Source: Bispira polyomma
Lineage: Eukaryota
Assembly: GCA_965649765.1 (NCBI GenBank)
Contig: OZ287748.1
Coordinates: forward strand, 67,704,001 to 67,768,000
Direction of reading: 5' to 3'
Length of the DNA: 64,000 nt
The position numbers were made by a program, and so were the translations under genes. Within the stretch, counting starts at the first letter, position 1; every line of letters begins with the position of its first letter. This document shows, in pieces, positions 11,461 to 23,030 of this stretch. Under the pieces are notes generated by a model. It was not told where the DNA came from. It searched no databases and saw only the letters and a program-made list of their open reading frames with translations.

Positions 11461-11763
11461 CCTAATGTATTTGGACTGTCAGACTAGCTTGATGGTACCA
11501 AGCTAGAATCTCTCCCCACACTGTACTAAAGGGCACGGCACCCTTCACCATGAGAAGCGTGAAAGGGAGTTGCGCCCCTTGCCGCCGGATGCTACGGAGT
11601 GGGTTAACACTCAGTCTAGTTGCTTGCTGATTAACCAGCTGTTAACCCACCTACCCTTACAACCTTGCTATGCCCATGGACTTTACGATTAGATCTGCTG
11701 TTGCACTTTAGAAGATGCTTGGCATCAATAAAGCATGTTAAAAAATGCATAATAATAATAATA
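11461..11763 (+). mobile_element. Structured retroposon insertion (three hairpins, L2-type tail, (AAT)n)
   Basis: GC-rich body with inverted repeats. Its 3' end ttagaagatgcttggcatcaataaag...(aat)5 is shared with SINE B and L2. Confidence 0.65.
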
Positions 11764-12176
11764 AAAGGTGCGCCATTGACAATAATTGGGCAAACATTGC
11801 AGATTGCAACTGTAATAGAGCTGGTGATATGTTTGTGTCAACTTCAATTTCTGAGCAAAATGGTGTGTGTACTTTGGGATTCATTTAAGAATTTAGCTAC
11901 ATCCACATATCAAAGATTGTATGGATCTTGACCAGTGGCCAGTGATGCAGCAATTGCTGCAACATATATTCTACAACTGAAAGAATTGTGTTGCCATTGG
12001 GCAGTACTGGTGTGAAAGGTTGATTTCCTAAGTTGTAAGGCAAAATGTTGACTGTGTGCTCTTTTAAATTTAAAAGAAAAATGAGTTCCATGTCATGATT
12101 TAACCATCTTCCCTTAGACATGCCTATGTGACTGAGTGTCACCCAGTGATACAAATCCTGGTTTAGAATCTGGATA

Positions 12177-12449
12177 GGGGCCTCGGTGGCCCAGTGGTTA
12201 GCAAGCATTGCGCTTCACAATCACGGGTCGTTCACCTCTGCGATTGACTGGCATGGGTTCGACTCCTGTTGATGCCTGTGTGGGAAAGGTGGTAGTTTCT
12301 TACTGTGGGCCGCTGGTTTCAGTGCAGAACCTAGATCAACTGTATGCAGTGTTTCCTCCAGCGTTTCCAACTACCCGTCCAATGAATATAACCTAAACAG
12401 GTACTAGAGTGGACATTAAATATCCAAATTCAAAAAAAAAAAAAAAAAA
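12177..12449 (+). mobile_element. tRNA-derived SINE family A, full length
   Basis: A box GTGGCCCAGTGG, B box GGTTCGACTCC, poly(A) of about 18 nt, and a 13-bp TSD tagaatctg/agata (12164-12176 and 12450-12462). Confidence 0.93.
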
Positions 12450-13789
12450 TAGAATCTAGATAATCTTACTGGTTGGAACCTGGTTTGTTTAAAGGACTGG
12501 ATCTATGTTATTAACAAGCCTTATAATTTATATCACTACCAATCTGTAGACGTCTGTCAACCATTGTTCATTGTCAATTATGTGCAAATGTTCATCTGTG
12601 ATATAGTTGGTCGCCTTTTCCCTACAGGTGTACCCTCTATTTTCTGACCAGTGTGTTTAGGATGTCAATGGGTTGTGTTGCATGGAAATTCACTTTCATG
12701 GCAGATATATTCACTGGTGATACATATGTTCCTGGACAGCCACATTTCATTCTTAAAAAATTGTTCAACTTGTTTGTATTTCGCTGATTGTCATATGATA
12801 GGGTCATTGTGTTGTCCTTAACTGTACTCAATGGATCCCGCTGAAATCTCTGCTCCTCTTGTTCACCTCAGTGCCCCATAAATTGTGGCAAAAATAAACA
12901 GCTTGTATTGGTATTTTTACTTGATTTAATAGATAAACTAATCCTGCTTGGAGCTCAAGATAGTGAGAAAGTCTATATATCCTCAGTTGATCATAAAGTA
13001 AATCGTATAAGTAACAGAACATTTCCTGGCTATAAGTTTATCTGTTACTTAAATTAGTACATTATGTTAAATTCAATGTGAAAGGACGGCCATTTTTGGT
13101 CATATGAGCCACTGTGCCTGCACCTGAGAATAATGTATAATGTACATATTTGAATAGATTTTAACTGGCACCTCATAAAAACGTAGAACATTAAACAATT
13201 CGATAAATTATTTTGTATGTATGTATATTATTTAAAACAAAAATTGCTTTTTAATAATAAGATACATCTGGGTTTTTTTAAAAAAAATATGTACTTAGAT
13301 TCATGGCTTTTTCTTTCAAAGAAAAACAATATAACGTCACCATCATAATTGCTATTGTATCATATATTGGTACATTATGGATGTTATTGCTCAGTGAACA
13401 TGTGTTAAGGAATATATGGGAGCATAATGCATACAGACAGGATATATATGTATATATAGTCATATATTGAGACATTATGAAAGCATATTTCGTTGTCAAA
13501 AAATATATCGGAGATTATATATATATGAGTGCATAATATAAAACGGACTGTGTGATAAATTAGTACATTATGTAACTATATATTGCACAGCTCAACATAT
13601 TTGGAGAATATCTGATATTAAATGAGTCAATTGATTTAATTTTCAACATATGAAATCATATTTTTTAGTAAATAAATCTTTGTTGTGTATTTCTGTACTT
13701 GAGTATTTTGTAAAATAATCACCTTTTTACATGTAAAAAGTATAACTAGTAAATTGAAAGCATTAGACTTTAAACCACAATTAAAATGA

Positions 13790-14860
13790 TCTTCTGCTTT
13801 AGTGCATGTACTTAATTTTTTCTCAGAATATTTGATTTACATAGAGGCAAATCATTTCCAGATAACAATCAAATGTCCTAATTTCGTTATACAAAAACTT
13901 AAAACATTTCTATCTTAGATTGCTGAAGTCCCTGTTAATTCTACCACCCTACTACCTTCATTGAATCCAATAAATTTAATAATATTTACAAGTACTATGG
14001 CTACTAAATTAACAGAATGAAATTTGAGGTATATTCAAAAATAGGTATTCTACAACAGTACATATTATAATGCTTCATTTTTCTCATATATATAAGATTT
14101 TTAAATTATAGTGACATGTAACAATATTTTTATGCAGCATATAATTTCATTAATTTATCCATTTATTATTTTTCTCATGTATATAAGATTTTTAAATTAT
14201 AGTGACATGTAACAATATTTTTATACAACATATAATTTCATTCATTTATCCAGCCTGTATGGGCTTATAAGTCACTTTTAAACAAATAAAAATATTTTAA
14301 TAGAGTGTACATGTAGACATAGTAACATACATCTTATCTATACAAAATATCTTTCCTTTATTGCCAAGTAAGCCTAAGTAATTTACTAATTTTCTTGTAG
14401 GATTTTTTTGCATTATAAGTTTTTCCTAATGTCTGAAAATAAGAGAGTGTTTCAAAATATTATGCATATAATCTTCCCTAAAGTTTTCATGAAAAGGGCA
14501 TATACACAACCAATGTAGTTCGTCTTCTGGACAATTCAAAGAATATAATTAACAAAATCTTTCTGCAGCTTTGATATTTATAAAACGATTGATTTCCTCT
14601 TCTCAGTTTGTAATATACCACATTAAAAATTGTGCTGACAGTCATATAGAATAAAACCATTTCAAAGTAACATCTTACGGATGTACCAATTGTAGTCACC
14701 AATAAATATAACACACTTCTATCTTTGATTTCTAACGTCCTTGTGAATTCTACCACCTACTCCCATCCAATTGTTAAACAATAATCACACATCATATATT
14801 TGAAATCTCTTAATTAAAAAGAATATATTCTACAAAATAGCATGATGTGAACTAGCCTAG
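13790..14860 (+). mobile_element. Possible L1/Tx1 ORF2 C-terminal remnants, partly duplicated (about 810 bp apart)
   Basis: Diverged direct repeat ttctatctt.gatt...aattctaccacc at about 13908 and 14717. Degenerate peptides FTSTMATKLTE, IQPVW and FHEKGI. Confidence 0.35.
14077..14252 (+). repeat. Tandem duplication, 91-bp period
   Basis: atttttctcat.tatataagatttttaaattatagtgacatgtaac... occurs twice. Confidence 0.9.
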
Positions 14861-16278
14861 CTAAGTTGGATAAATTATTGTATAACTCAAGAACACACAG
14901 ACGAAAAAATTGAAAGAATTCCAAATCCTTTCAAAATCTCTTTAAACAATTGGGGCCCTAATTGACGCTTATTTTTTTTAAATAAAGAAGATTTTTTACA
15001 CTAGGAAATATACCACTAATTAATCCCCAGCGTAGACTAATCTATAGATAGAATAAAATAAATAATAGACCTTGCGTGCGACGTGACCTATTTATTTTTT
15101 GTGGGCCAAAATAGGATACAATGCATCCCTTTGTTTCGTTACGTGACATCAAAGTACATTAAGTGTGATAGAAGATTATTAAAGTTGAATTCATTTCTAT
15201 AACTGTCTATCCCCATACAATTATACACATATATACACACTTGGAATCCCAAAGTACATCAAAGACTAACTGGTACGGTATATATGTGTATGTTTAGTTG
15301 GACCATAAGGCCATCCTATGCAACAATTTGACGACTAAAAGGTGTCAAGTTTTTACGTGGGCAATGAGAGAGATATGTTTTAACACATTCAGTTGTACAT
15401 CCCAAAGCGTGAAAACAGCAACAATAGCTTTAATGCTTTCAGATGCAATATTTACACGTACATATGCTTTGATTTATAAACTTCTGGTTATTAGGAAAGG
15501 AGCTTTTTTTGGTTTTCGTGATCAGGAGATACTTTTGTCACCATCTGAAAAGACACATCTTTTACACACAAAAAATCACAAAGGCACAAAACTGACTTCA
15601 ATGATTGAATACGTAATCAGTATACATACATCCACATATACATGTACTTTGATTTTTCAACTTCTACCACCTTGTTTACGTCCACTGAGATTTGCTTTTA
15701 AGATATGAATAGAGTTTTTTGGTTGTCAAAAGTATCACTTGCTTCTTATGTGAAGATTGGAGAGGGCGATAATAGAAGATTTTAGATATAGTGTTTCATT
15801 AGTTTGAGGTGATAAAGAAAGGCAGCTTGTAATTACCCATTTTTGTGATATCTATCAGTTACTAACGGATTGTCTTGAAAAATGAATGTATACAATATCT
15901 GTGGTATTCATTTTTGTTTGTAAAAATCTTGGACTAAACAATATACTCTATGAGTGGGAATATTTTCACACAGAATTAAATTTTAGCTATTTTGGCTAAG
16001 GAGTTGGGCCTTTATTCACAGGGCAAATTAAAACATGTATTGATACTTTAACTAAAAAATATCCCACAGTGAAAATTAACTCCAGTGAATTGGATACAAA
16101 ATTTGTAAATTAGTGAACTTTCTTCCAACTAAAAAAATCTACTTATATAGTATTCGAGTAGAGGGAATGAAATGATCAGGGTTTCTCAAAGGGGAACACT
16201 TATAATTATTAAAATAGAAAATTATGCTTGCAAATACCCCCAAAACACATTTATTACAATATGACTCTATTATAAGAT

Positions 16279-16533
16279 AGTTGCGTGGTCTAGTGGTTAA
16301 GGAGTTGGTCTGGTGATCAGAAGATTACCAGTTCAACTACTACTAATGCCGATATAGGTTCATTGATGAGATAACATTCCTTGGGCAAGATGTGAACTTA
16401 TTAGATTGCCTACCGATGATGACCGAGGCTATATGTTGTACAACACAAGAATAGTTGGTTGATTTGGTTGTTGTGTTTTAGAAGATGCCTTTACATCAAT
16501 AAAGCTTTTGAAAAATTTATAATACAATACAAT
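16279..16533 (+). mobile_element. SINE family B (tRNA head, CORE-like ccttgggcaag, L2-type tail)
   Basis: GTGGTCTAGTGGTTAAGG...ggtgatcagaag head, ccttgggcaagatgtgaac, and tail tagaagatgcctttacatcaataaag followed by (AATAC)n. Confidence 0.75.
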
Positions 16534-18693
16534 TAAAAGACATTACAGTGAGGTTACTGACAATACAGTTATCAATAACAGTATAGATGTGTTATTATTC
16601 TTATTCCTTTCTTAATCTTAATCTTTTGTGTTGCTTTGTTACCAGGATGATACAAAAAACTACTGAACCAATTCAAATTACCAACAAAAAATATATCTTC
16701 ACTTTTGCAGTATAAGCTATTTTTGCCAAAGCTGATTAAATTACAAAGGAAACTTAAAAACAAGTTATGAAGAACAATTTTGCTTGACAGTTTTCAATGA
16801 CAAACTGGTGTATATATATATCATAAAACTATAGAGACATTAATGACAGCATTTAAAATAAAATAATTAATCCATGCCCCAATGAATCCTTTTTAAGCAT
16901 ATTCTATATATATATACATTTGAATTTATATAATTTTGACCCTCATTGCTACCCAGAGACAAGTTATATTGACTTAATGACCTGGAACGCTTTAAAAACC
17001 ACTATTAAATACTATCAATAAAAGTTATCTATATGTAACGGTTGACTTCTTCCTTTTTAATCAGCCTCTTTTTAATGATTCAAAAATAGCAACATAGAGA
17101 GAGAGAGAAAGTAGAGATAAGTGAGAAATTAATGACCCAAGAATTCTATGGTATTGTGAAAATCACTGTCCAAATAATTTAGGAGGTCATCCCAACTTTA
17201 AGATATCCTTAAGGTCATCTATAATAAGTGGAACAAGGGAAAATATATATTCAGTGATATTTATATTAGATTTTTGTTTGGATTTAGAATCAATTTCTAC
17301 TAAAAATAAAGATTTATGAAGTGTTTCTTTACATCACCATTTCTTATTTATTGTCCGCTTTGGTATAAAACACCCTAAAAACAACTAGAAAACTATAAGA
17401 GAAATATATGCCTCTATAAAAGTTAAAAGTTAAAAAAAGAAACTGCCCCTAATGTATACCTGTCAGTTTTCTCAAGTCATATTTTATGATCCTGTCTTGT
17501 AAACACGTGAAAAGAGTCTGCCCCAGTTGACAAATTACAATATCAAGTCCTTTTAGTTGGACCAACACTAACACTGAATGGGCAGAGTATCCCATAAATT
17601 ATCTCCCAAGTTTAAAAAGATATATGTGTACAAACAGGTAGATATGTTGTTATGCTGGTCATCTCTGGTGATACATTGCATCTGTTGGTCACTCAGGGAT
17701 CAAAACTTTAAAAAAAAAATGAATGACCTTTGACGTGTCTATATATGTTTTATATTTTTTTGAACAGGGGTTGGTGTGGTAATTTGGGGGATGAGGCAAT
17801 TATTCTCATCTGTATTTTCTAGTTTTCCCCGCTTAGATTATATTAAAATTGATAAAAAATGCTAAAATATTTCATATAAATAATTTCTCCAAAAGACAAA
17901 CATGTTTATAGAAGTCTGACTAACCAAAAAATATCTAGCCATATTGCAGTGAAACTGTTTTTCTTTTTAACTTCGATTGTCCCAAGAATATATGATTTCT
18001 AAAGATTATTTTAATAAGCTGTGAATTTGCCTTGTCTTGTTAATATATCGCCTTGTGTTTCAGTGGGTAACTTTATAGTAAGATTCATTAAATTAATATT
18101 ACCCTTTTAAAGAGCAATTTTTTTAAAATTAAAGCCATATATTATAACTTCTCATTAATGTTAACCCTCACTTCATTTTTCACTGTCATTATACACATTT
18201 AAATCAATGTAATCTAAGCTATTAGTGTTATATATGGACTGTAATGTGCTATAGTTGACTGACTTACTACACAACACCATTTTCTTTCCTCATTTTTATA
18301 TAGACATCTGTGGCCAATGTGACACATCTGTATGTCCAACACCTGGAAGGGTGGGGGGAGATGGGAAGGTGGGGGGTCTTTCTGAGCTGTGAAGGGGGTG
18401 GGTAGGTGGGGGTGTACTAAAGACCCCCTTATATTCTAACAAATAAACCCTAAAGATGACACTTATTGACTTTTTGAGGCTGGTAGTCTCTTTAAATTTT
18501 AATATGACTCAACTGGTATATACTTATTTGTTCTTATGGAGAGGTCTTCCTGTCCCCTCATTTAACATCATAATATTGTACTTGAGAAGAGAATAGATAG
18601 GTAATAACCCTGCTGCAGATATGGTAATGATGTGGTAATGTCAAATAATGTGGATATTAGAGAACTTCCAAAGTGCAACGACATTTAGAGTTA

Positions 18694-19134
18694 TGCCCCG
18701 GTCACATATTGTTGGTATTTTAGTCTGTTGTAGAAAGTTACGTAACTTATCTTACTGCCTAATAAAACGACGGTTCCAATATATGCAAAATATGCCCTCT
18801 GAAACTTGTCTGGATAAGTTTTACAGACCAAAAAATGCTGGAAAAGACTATATGCTACTACGATAGACTTACAATATTAAAACAGAAATACACAGAAATA
18901 AGCGGAAACAGACGGAAACTGGAGGAAACACACGATTACAGGGACGGAGGACTTACAATACAAATTGAAGAAGTTTACCGACCTTTACCACATCGGTGAG
19001 GCCGAAATTTTGAACATGTTCAAAAACATCGCCTGATTTGGTCAGTTATATATATACGATTACTGCAGGTATACCAAGCGATGTGTATACCGTCCTGAAC
19101 CGCCTTTCCATACCTCAAATATGTGACCGGGGAT
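18694..19134. mobile_element. PIF/Harbinger-like MITE
   Basis: Perfect 15-bp TIR ccccggtcacatatt (18696-18710) / aatatgtgaccgggg (19118-19132), with TTA on both flanks. Confidence 0.8.
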
Positions 19135-20239
19135 TTAGGTGAACAAGTAGATAGTCCTTCAACACAGCATTGGTCGTCATTAAATGTCAGCATTGTGGCG
19201 TGTTGGCATCTTGCCATAGTACGCCCCAGTAATCGTTATGTTTTTGCAACCCCTTCGACACCACGATAATACTATCACTGGGAACGGAAGGTAGTTTTTG
19301 GGGTAATAGTTTGCCAATAGACCACAGACTACTTCATGCATTTAATACATATAATTTTTTAAACAGTAATTATGTTGTCTATCACTAATCTGAGTTCAAA
19401 TCCCCGTTTGTTCTGTCTTGTTGAAAACTTTGTCGCTATAGGCAGTTTGTTCAGCACTGGTTTCTTCCACCACTAAATATAGCAGTCATGATAAGGCCTA
19501 AGCTGTTAAAAGCGCCGTAAAAATCCAACTAAAATCATATTCAAATCTATTAAATTTTAAGGCGCTACATCAGAATTTTCAGATGTGACGAACAAAACTA
19601 GAAGCAAGATACAAAAAAAACACAAACAGAACTATCTGCTTATTTATACGAATAAAAGTCTATTTGAATGTCTACACTATACCTTTAGTGGGTGGGTGCT
19701 ATATCGTCATGAAGACAGGAATATAACAATAGAAAAAAAGTATTGAGTGAAAGAGGGTGGACAGGCTGGTCTAATGATCATTAGTCTATAGTACCAAGTG
19801 TCCATTGACATTTGACATCTTGAGGGTTTTGTGAATTGTATTAATGAATATAAAGCTTATAGTTATGAATACATAGTTAGTATGTATCAAGTTATATACA
19901 AGAACACTATTCATTTCTATTTCAATATTAATAATGGGGTTGTATTTAGATAGATGTACATATATATATATAGTGTATGGTTAATTGAAAAACAGCCATA
20001 TGTTAATATCTGTGTTTAGGTGGTGATATTTATGTGTGGGAAAAAAGATGATAATATATTCTGAAATACTTTGTGGGTATATGAACTAGTAACCTAATTA
20101 AATGGTAATAGTTAGTTTTACAAGTGGCAGCAATTTTCCCACAGCTATGAAAGAATGATAAGGTTAATGATATGCATATTTAATAACATTCAGTCCTGCA
20201 TGTTTGTATTAGATATCAATTCCACTGTTACCACAAACT

Positions 20240-20575
20240 CTGATTCCCTAACCCTCCAGCTTGCTCAAAATGCTGCTGTATGGGGCATGCTTGGTAAGGA
20301 AACATGAGCATGTAAAACATATCCACAAGTCTCTAACTTGATTTCCAATTTAAATTTTTCCAATTTGTATGATATTGCTACTATGTTTCAAGCCCATGCA
20401 TGGTCTTGCACCTGACTACACCACCAATCTCTTTATCCCATATTGCCATACTTGTTCCGTTTTAGACTTTAAAAACAATTCAAAACATACTTTCCTAATC
20501 TGTGTACAACTGTTAGTATGTTTTCTTTTTTTAAGTGTAAAGCGCTTAGTAATAGGCGTTATAAGTATATATATT
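20240..20575 (+). mobile_element. L2 LINE ORF2 3' remnant
   Basis: LQLAQNAA, HEHV, ILLLCFK..HGLAPDY..NL; tail gtaaagcgcttag. Confidence 0.75.
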
Positions 20576-20919
20576 CCATGCCATGGATGTACTTACTTTC
20601 TGGCTTATAGTAAACATAAAAGTTAGAGTTTTGCCTCAACTGAACTCAGCTTAAGAATGGCTTCTAAAGGACATTCATGCAGCTAAGAGCAAAAACATTG
20701 TCCGAGCTGAGGCATAACAGCACCAAGAGAGAACTATCATTGTGTATTTATCATTGGTTTCTTTATTCTGAAGAGTTTATATTGTGTCAAAATGATCTTT
20801 TATCTTGTAAGGTGCTTCTTGTCTCAAAAGCGTTTTATCCCTAACATCCAAGCATTGGTCGTCATCAGTGGGCAATGGCTTGTTCATATTTTGTCATTAT
20901 TAAAGTCCTAGTCATCAAA

Positions 20920-21175
20920 TTTACATTGGGATATTTAATGTCAACTCTAGTACCTGTTTAGGTTATATTGGGAAGGGTAGTTGGAAACGCTGGAGGAAAC
21001 ACTGCATACAGTTGATCAAGGTTCTGCACTGAAACCAACGGCCCACAGTAAGGAACTACCCCTTTTCCCACATAGGCATCGACAGAAGTCGAACCCACGC
21101 CAGCCAATCCCACAGGTGAACGACCAGTGATTGTGAAGCGCAATGCTTGCTAACCACTAGGCCACTACGGACCCC
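20920..21175 (-). mobile_element. tRNA-derived SINE family A, full length
   Basis: Reverse complement aligns with the two + copies. Probable 13-bp TSD cctagtcatcaaa / cctggacatcaaa. Confidence 0.9.
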
Positions 21176-22513
21176 ACCTGGACATCAAAAAGCATGTCTG
21201 TATATATGGTTTATAGTGTAAAGCAATCACCTTTAAGTGTCCCCCTTCGACACTTCTATATTGTAGAACTAGATTTACTAAGAATTGAATTTATCCCAAT
21301 ATTTCTGTCACAGAAATAGAAATTTTTATATATATATATAAGAAGAGGGTATAAAGTATATCGTGTTATTTTAAAGTTTCACTTAGATTATTCGTTTTAA
21401 TCTTTAGGTATTTTTTCCATCCATAAATACACACATTTTTGATCAAACTGCTTCAGACTCATTAATCATTCACCTAAAGAATACGTGGGACATCTTTGTC
21501 AATAATCTACCTGGTTACAGATGAATAATGGCCACATTTACATTAGAAATACAACTCTCCAAGTGGCTGTTTTCATACGAACTACAACATACTATTATAT
21601 CTCACAGATTTACCTGACAGCTTGAGCCTGGAAGAAAAGAATGGAAAGGTGGAGGAGGGAGGGGGGCAGTCTGTGTCCATTCTGGGAATATGACAAATTA
21701 CCCAAAGCCATGTTTTACTTAAATTTATTCTGTTTTATTAGAGATATAGAACGTAGATATGTTGTATTACAGACAGAAAGGCAATGCAAAAATTAACAGT
21801 GATATTACTTAGTGATACAAATTCAAGTATATCAAAATGGTATTATATTAAAATTTTTTTAAAAAGTCTTGCTTTATTAAAACAATGATTTATTTTTGCT
21901 TTAAGAGTATTTGTGATCTTAAAAACATCTATAATGGCACTTAAGTGACCAGTTGAAATTTTGAACCCAAAACTGGCCTTCATATGTAAACAAAATTCTT
22001 TGTTTAAATATATGAATATAGTGTAAGTTTTTATTAATATAAATCCCAAAAATTAATCAAGGATATCATTTCTATCACACACTAATCGATTTTATATTGT
22101 CAAATGTATAACAAAATGCATTTTTGTGCAGTTTTAGTTAAACCTTAAATTTAGATTTTTTGGCTGTAACTTACGAGTTTTAACAGATTATAGAGGTCAG
22201 TGTTTTTTAAGCAGCTGTCCTAGTGGTCACATTTCACTAGAGTGTGTAAAGATCACTGAACAGAAAGATTGGATTTTTGTAGTAAATTACAGATGGGCAA
22301 CATTTGTATCTGAATAGTGCAGGAAATTAACTTCTTTCTTTGTGTTTTTGTTGTTATTGTTATAATCATTATAATAAATATGTGGCTACTACATGCACTT
22401 AACAATCTGGTTTCTTTAAATTGTAAGTAGCCTTGCATAAGGCTCTGAAAAATCATATGCAAACTTTTCACAACGTAAACCAGTACCAAGTCAAATTAAA
22501 GTTTGCTGAATGC

Positions 22514-22706
22514 ACTGAGCCCTTGTTAGGACATCAACATTGTTTTCCCTATTATTAAGTTCATGACTTATTTTCTTGTGATCACAAAATCACTTAATAT
22601 AATTTTCTGGTGAGCACGTGATGATCTTGTGATCACCATATGATGTTGTGATCAAGACTTTTTTAAATATTAAAAATAAATATTGATGTCCTAAAAGGGG
22701 CTCCGT
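22514..22706. mobile_element. MITE with about 30-bp TIRs and gtgatcac subrepeats
   Basis: actgagcccttgttaggacatcaacatt versus aatattgatgtcctaaaaggggctccgt. Confidence 0.75.
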
Positions 22707-22807
22707 TGAATTGTACTCGAGTCCCTTGAATTGTTTAAAGGTTTATCATTCTATTACCACATGCATTTATTGTACTTTCTATTTATTTATTTATATTGAG
22801 TAATTTT

Positions 22808-23030
22808 TGTGACCAGAAGGTTCCAGATTTTATTACTAGTAAAACCACAATGATCATTGGTGGGATAACATCCCTGGGCAAGATTTGAACATGTCACAAA
22901 ATCGACTAACGATGACCACCAATTGGTTATTTGTCAGGATCATGCTTAATAGTTGATCTAGGCTGTGGTTGCACCTTAGAAGATGTCCGTCATCAATTAG
23001 ATGTGTTAAACATCTATATTACAATACAAC
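22808..23030 (+). mobile_element. SINE family B, 5'-truncated
   Basis: gtgaccagaagg, ccctgggcaagatttgaac, and tail ccttagaagatgtccgtcatcaatt...acaatacaac. Confidence 0.7.

Larger units (their letters stand above)
11360..12600 (-). pseudogene. Decayed Ulp1/C48-like cysteine protease plus PHD-finger ORF (probably transposon-borne), interrupted by two insertions
   Basis: Minus-strand motifs in order: NEQWLTD (about 12560), IQILNQDLYHWVTLSHIG (12175-12122), NHD, QWQHNSFSC-RIYVAAIAASLATGQDP (11999-11922), then LY[Y]SCNL and VICEF. Confidence 0.6.

Noticed and set aside
12177-12270. tRNA gene (A/B boxes, cttcaca loop reminiscent of tRNA-Sec/Val)
   Set aside because: No acceptor stem or cloverleaf; it continues into a SINE body with poly(A) and TSD.
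12208-12396. Repeated ORF MRFTITGRSP... (also 20958-21143), resembling a small gene family
   Set aside because: Both lie inside SINE A copies, start at TTG, and the third copy has indels.
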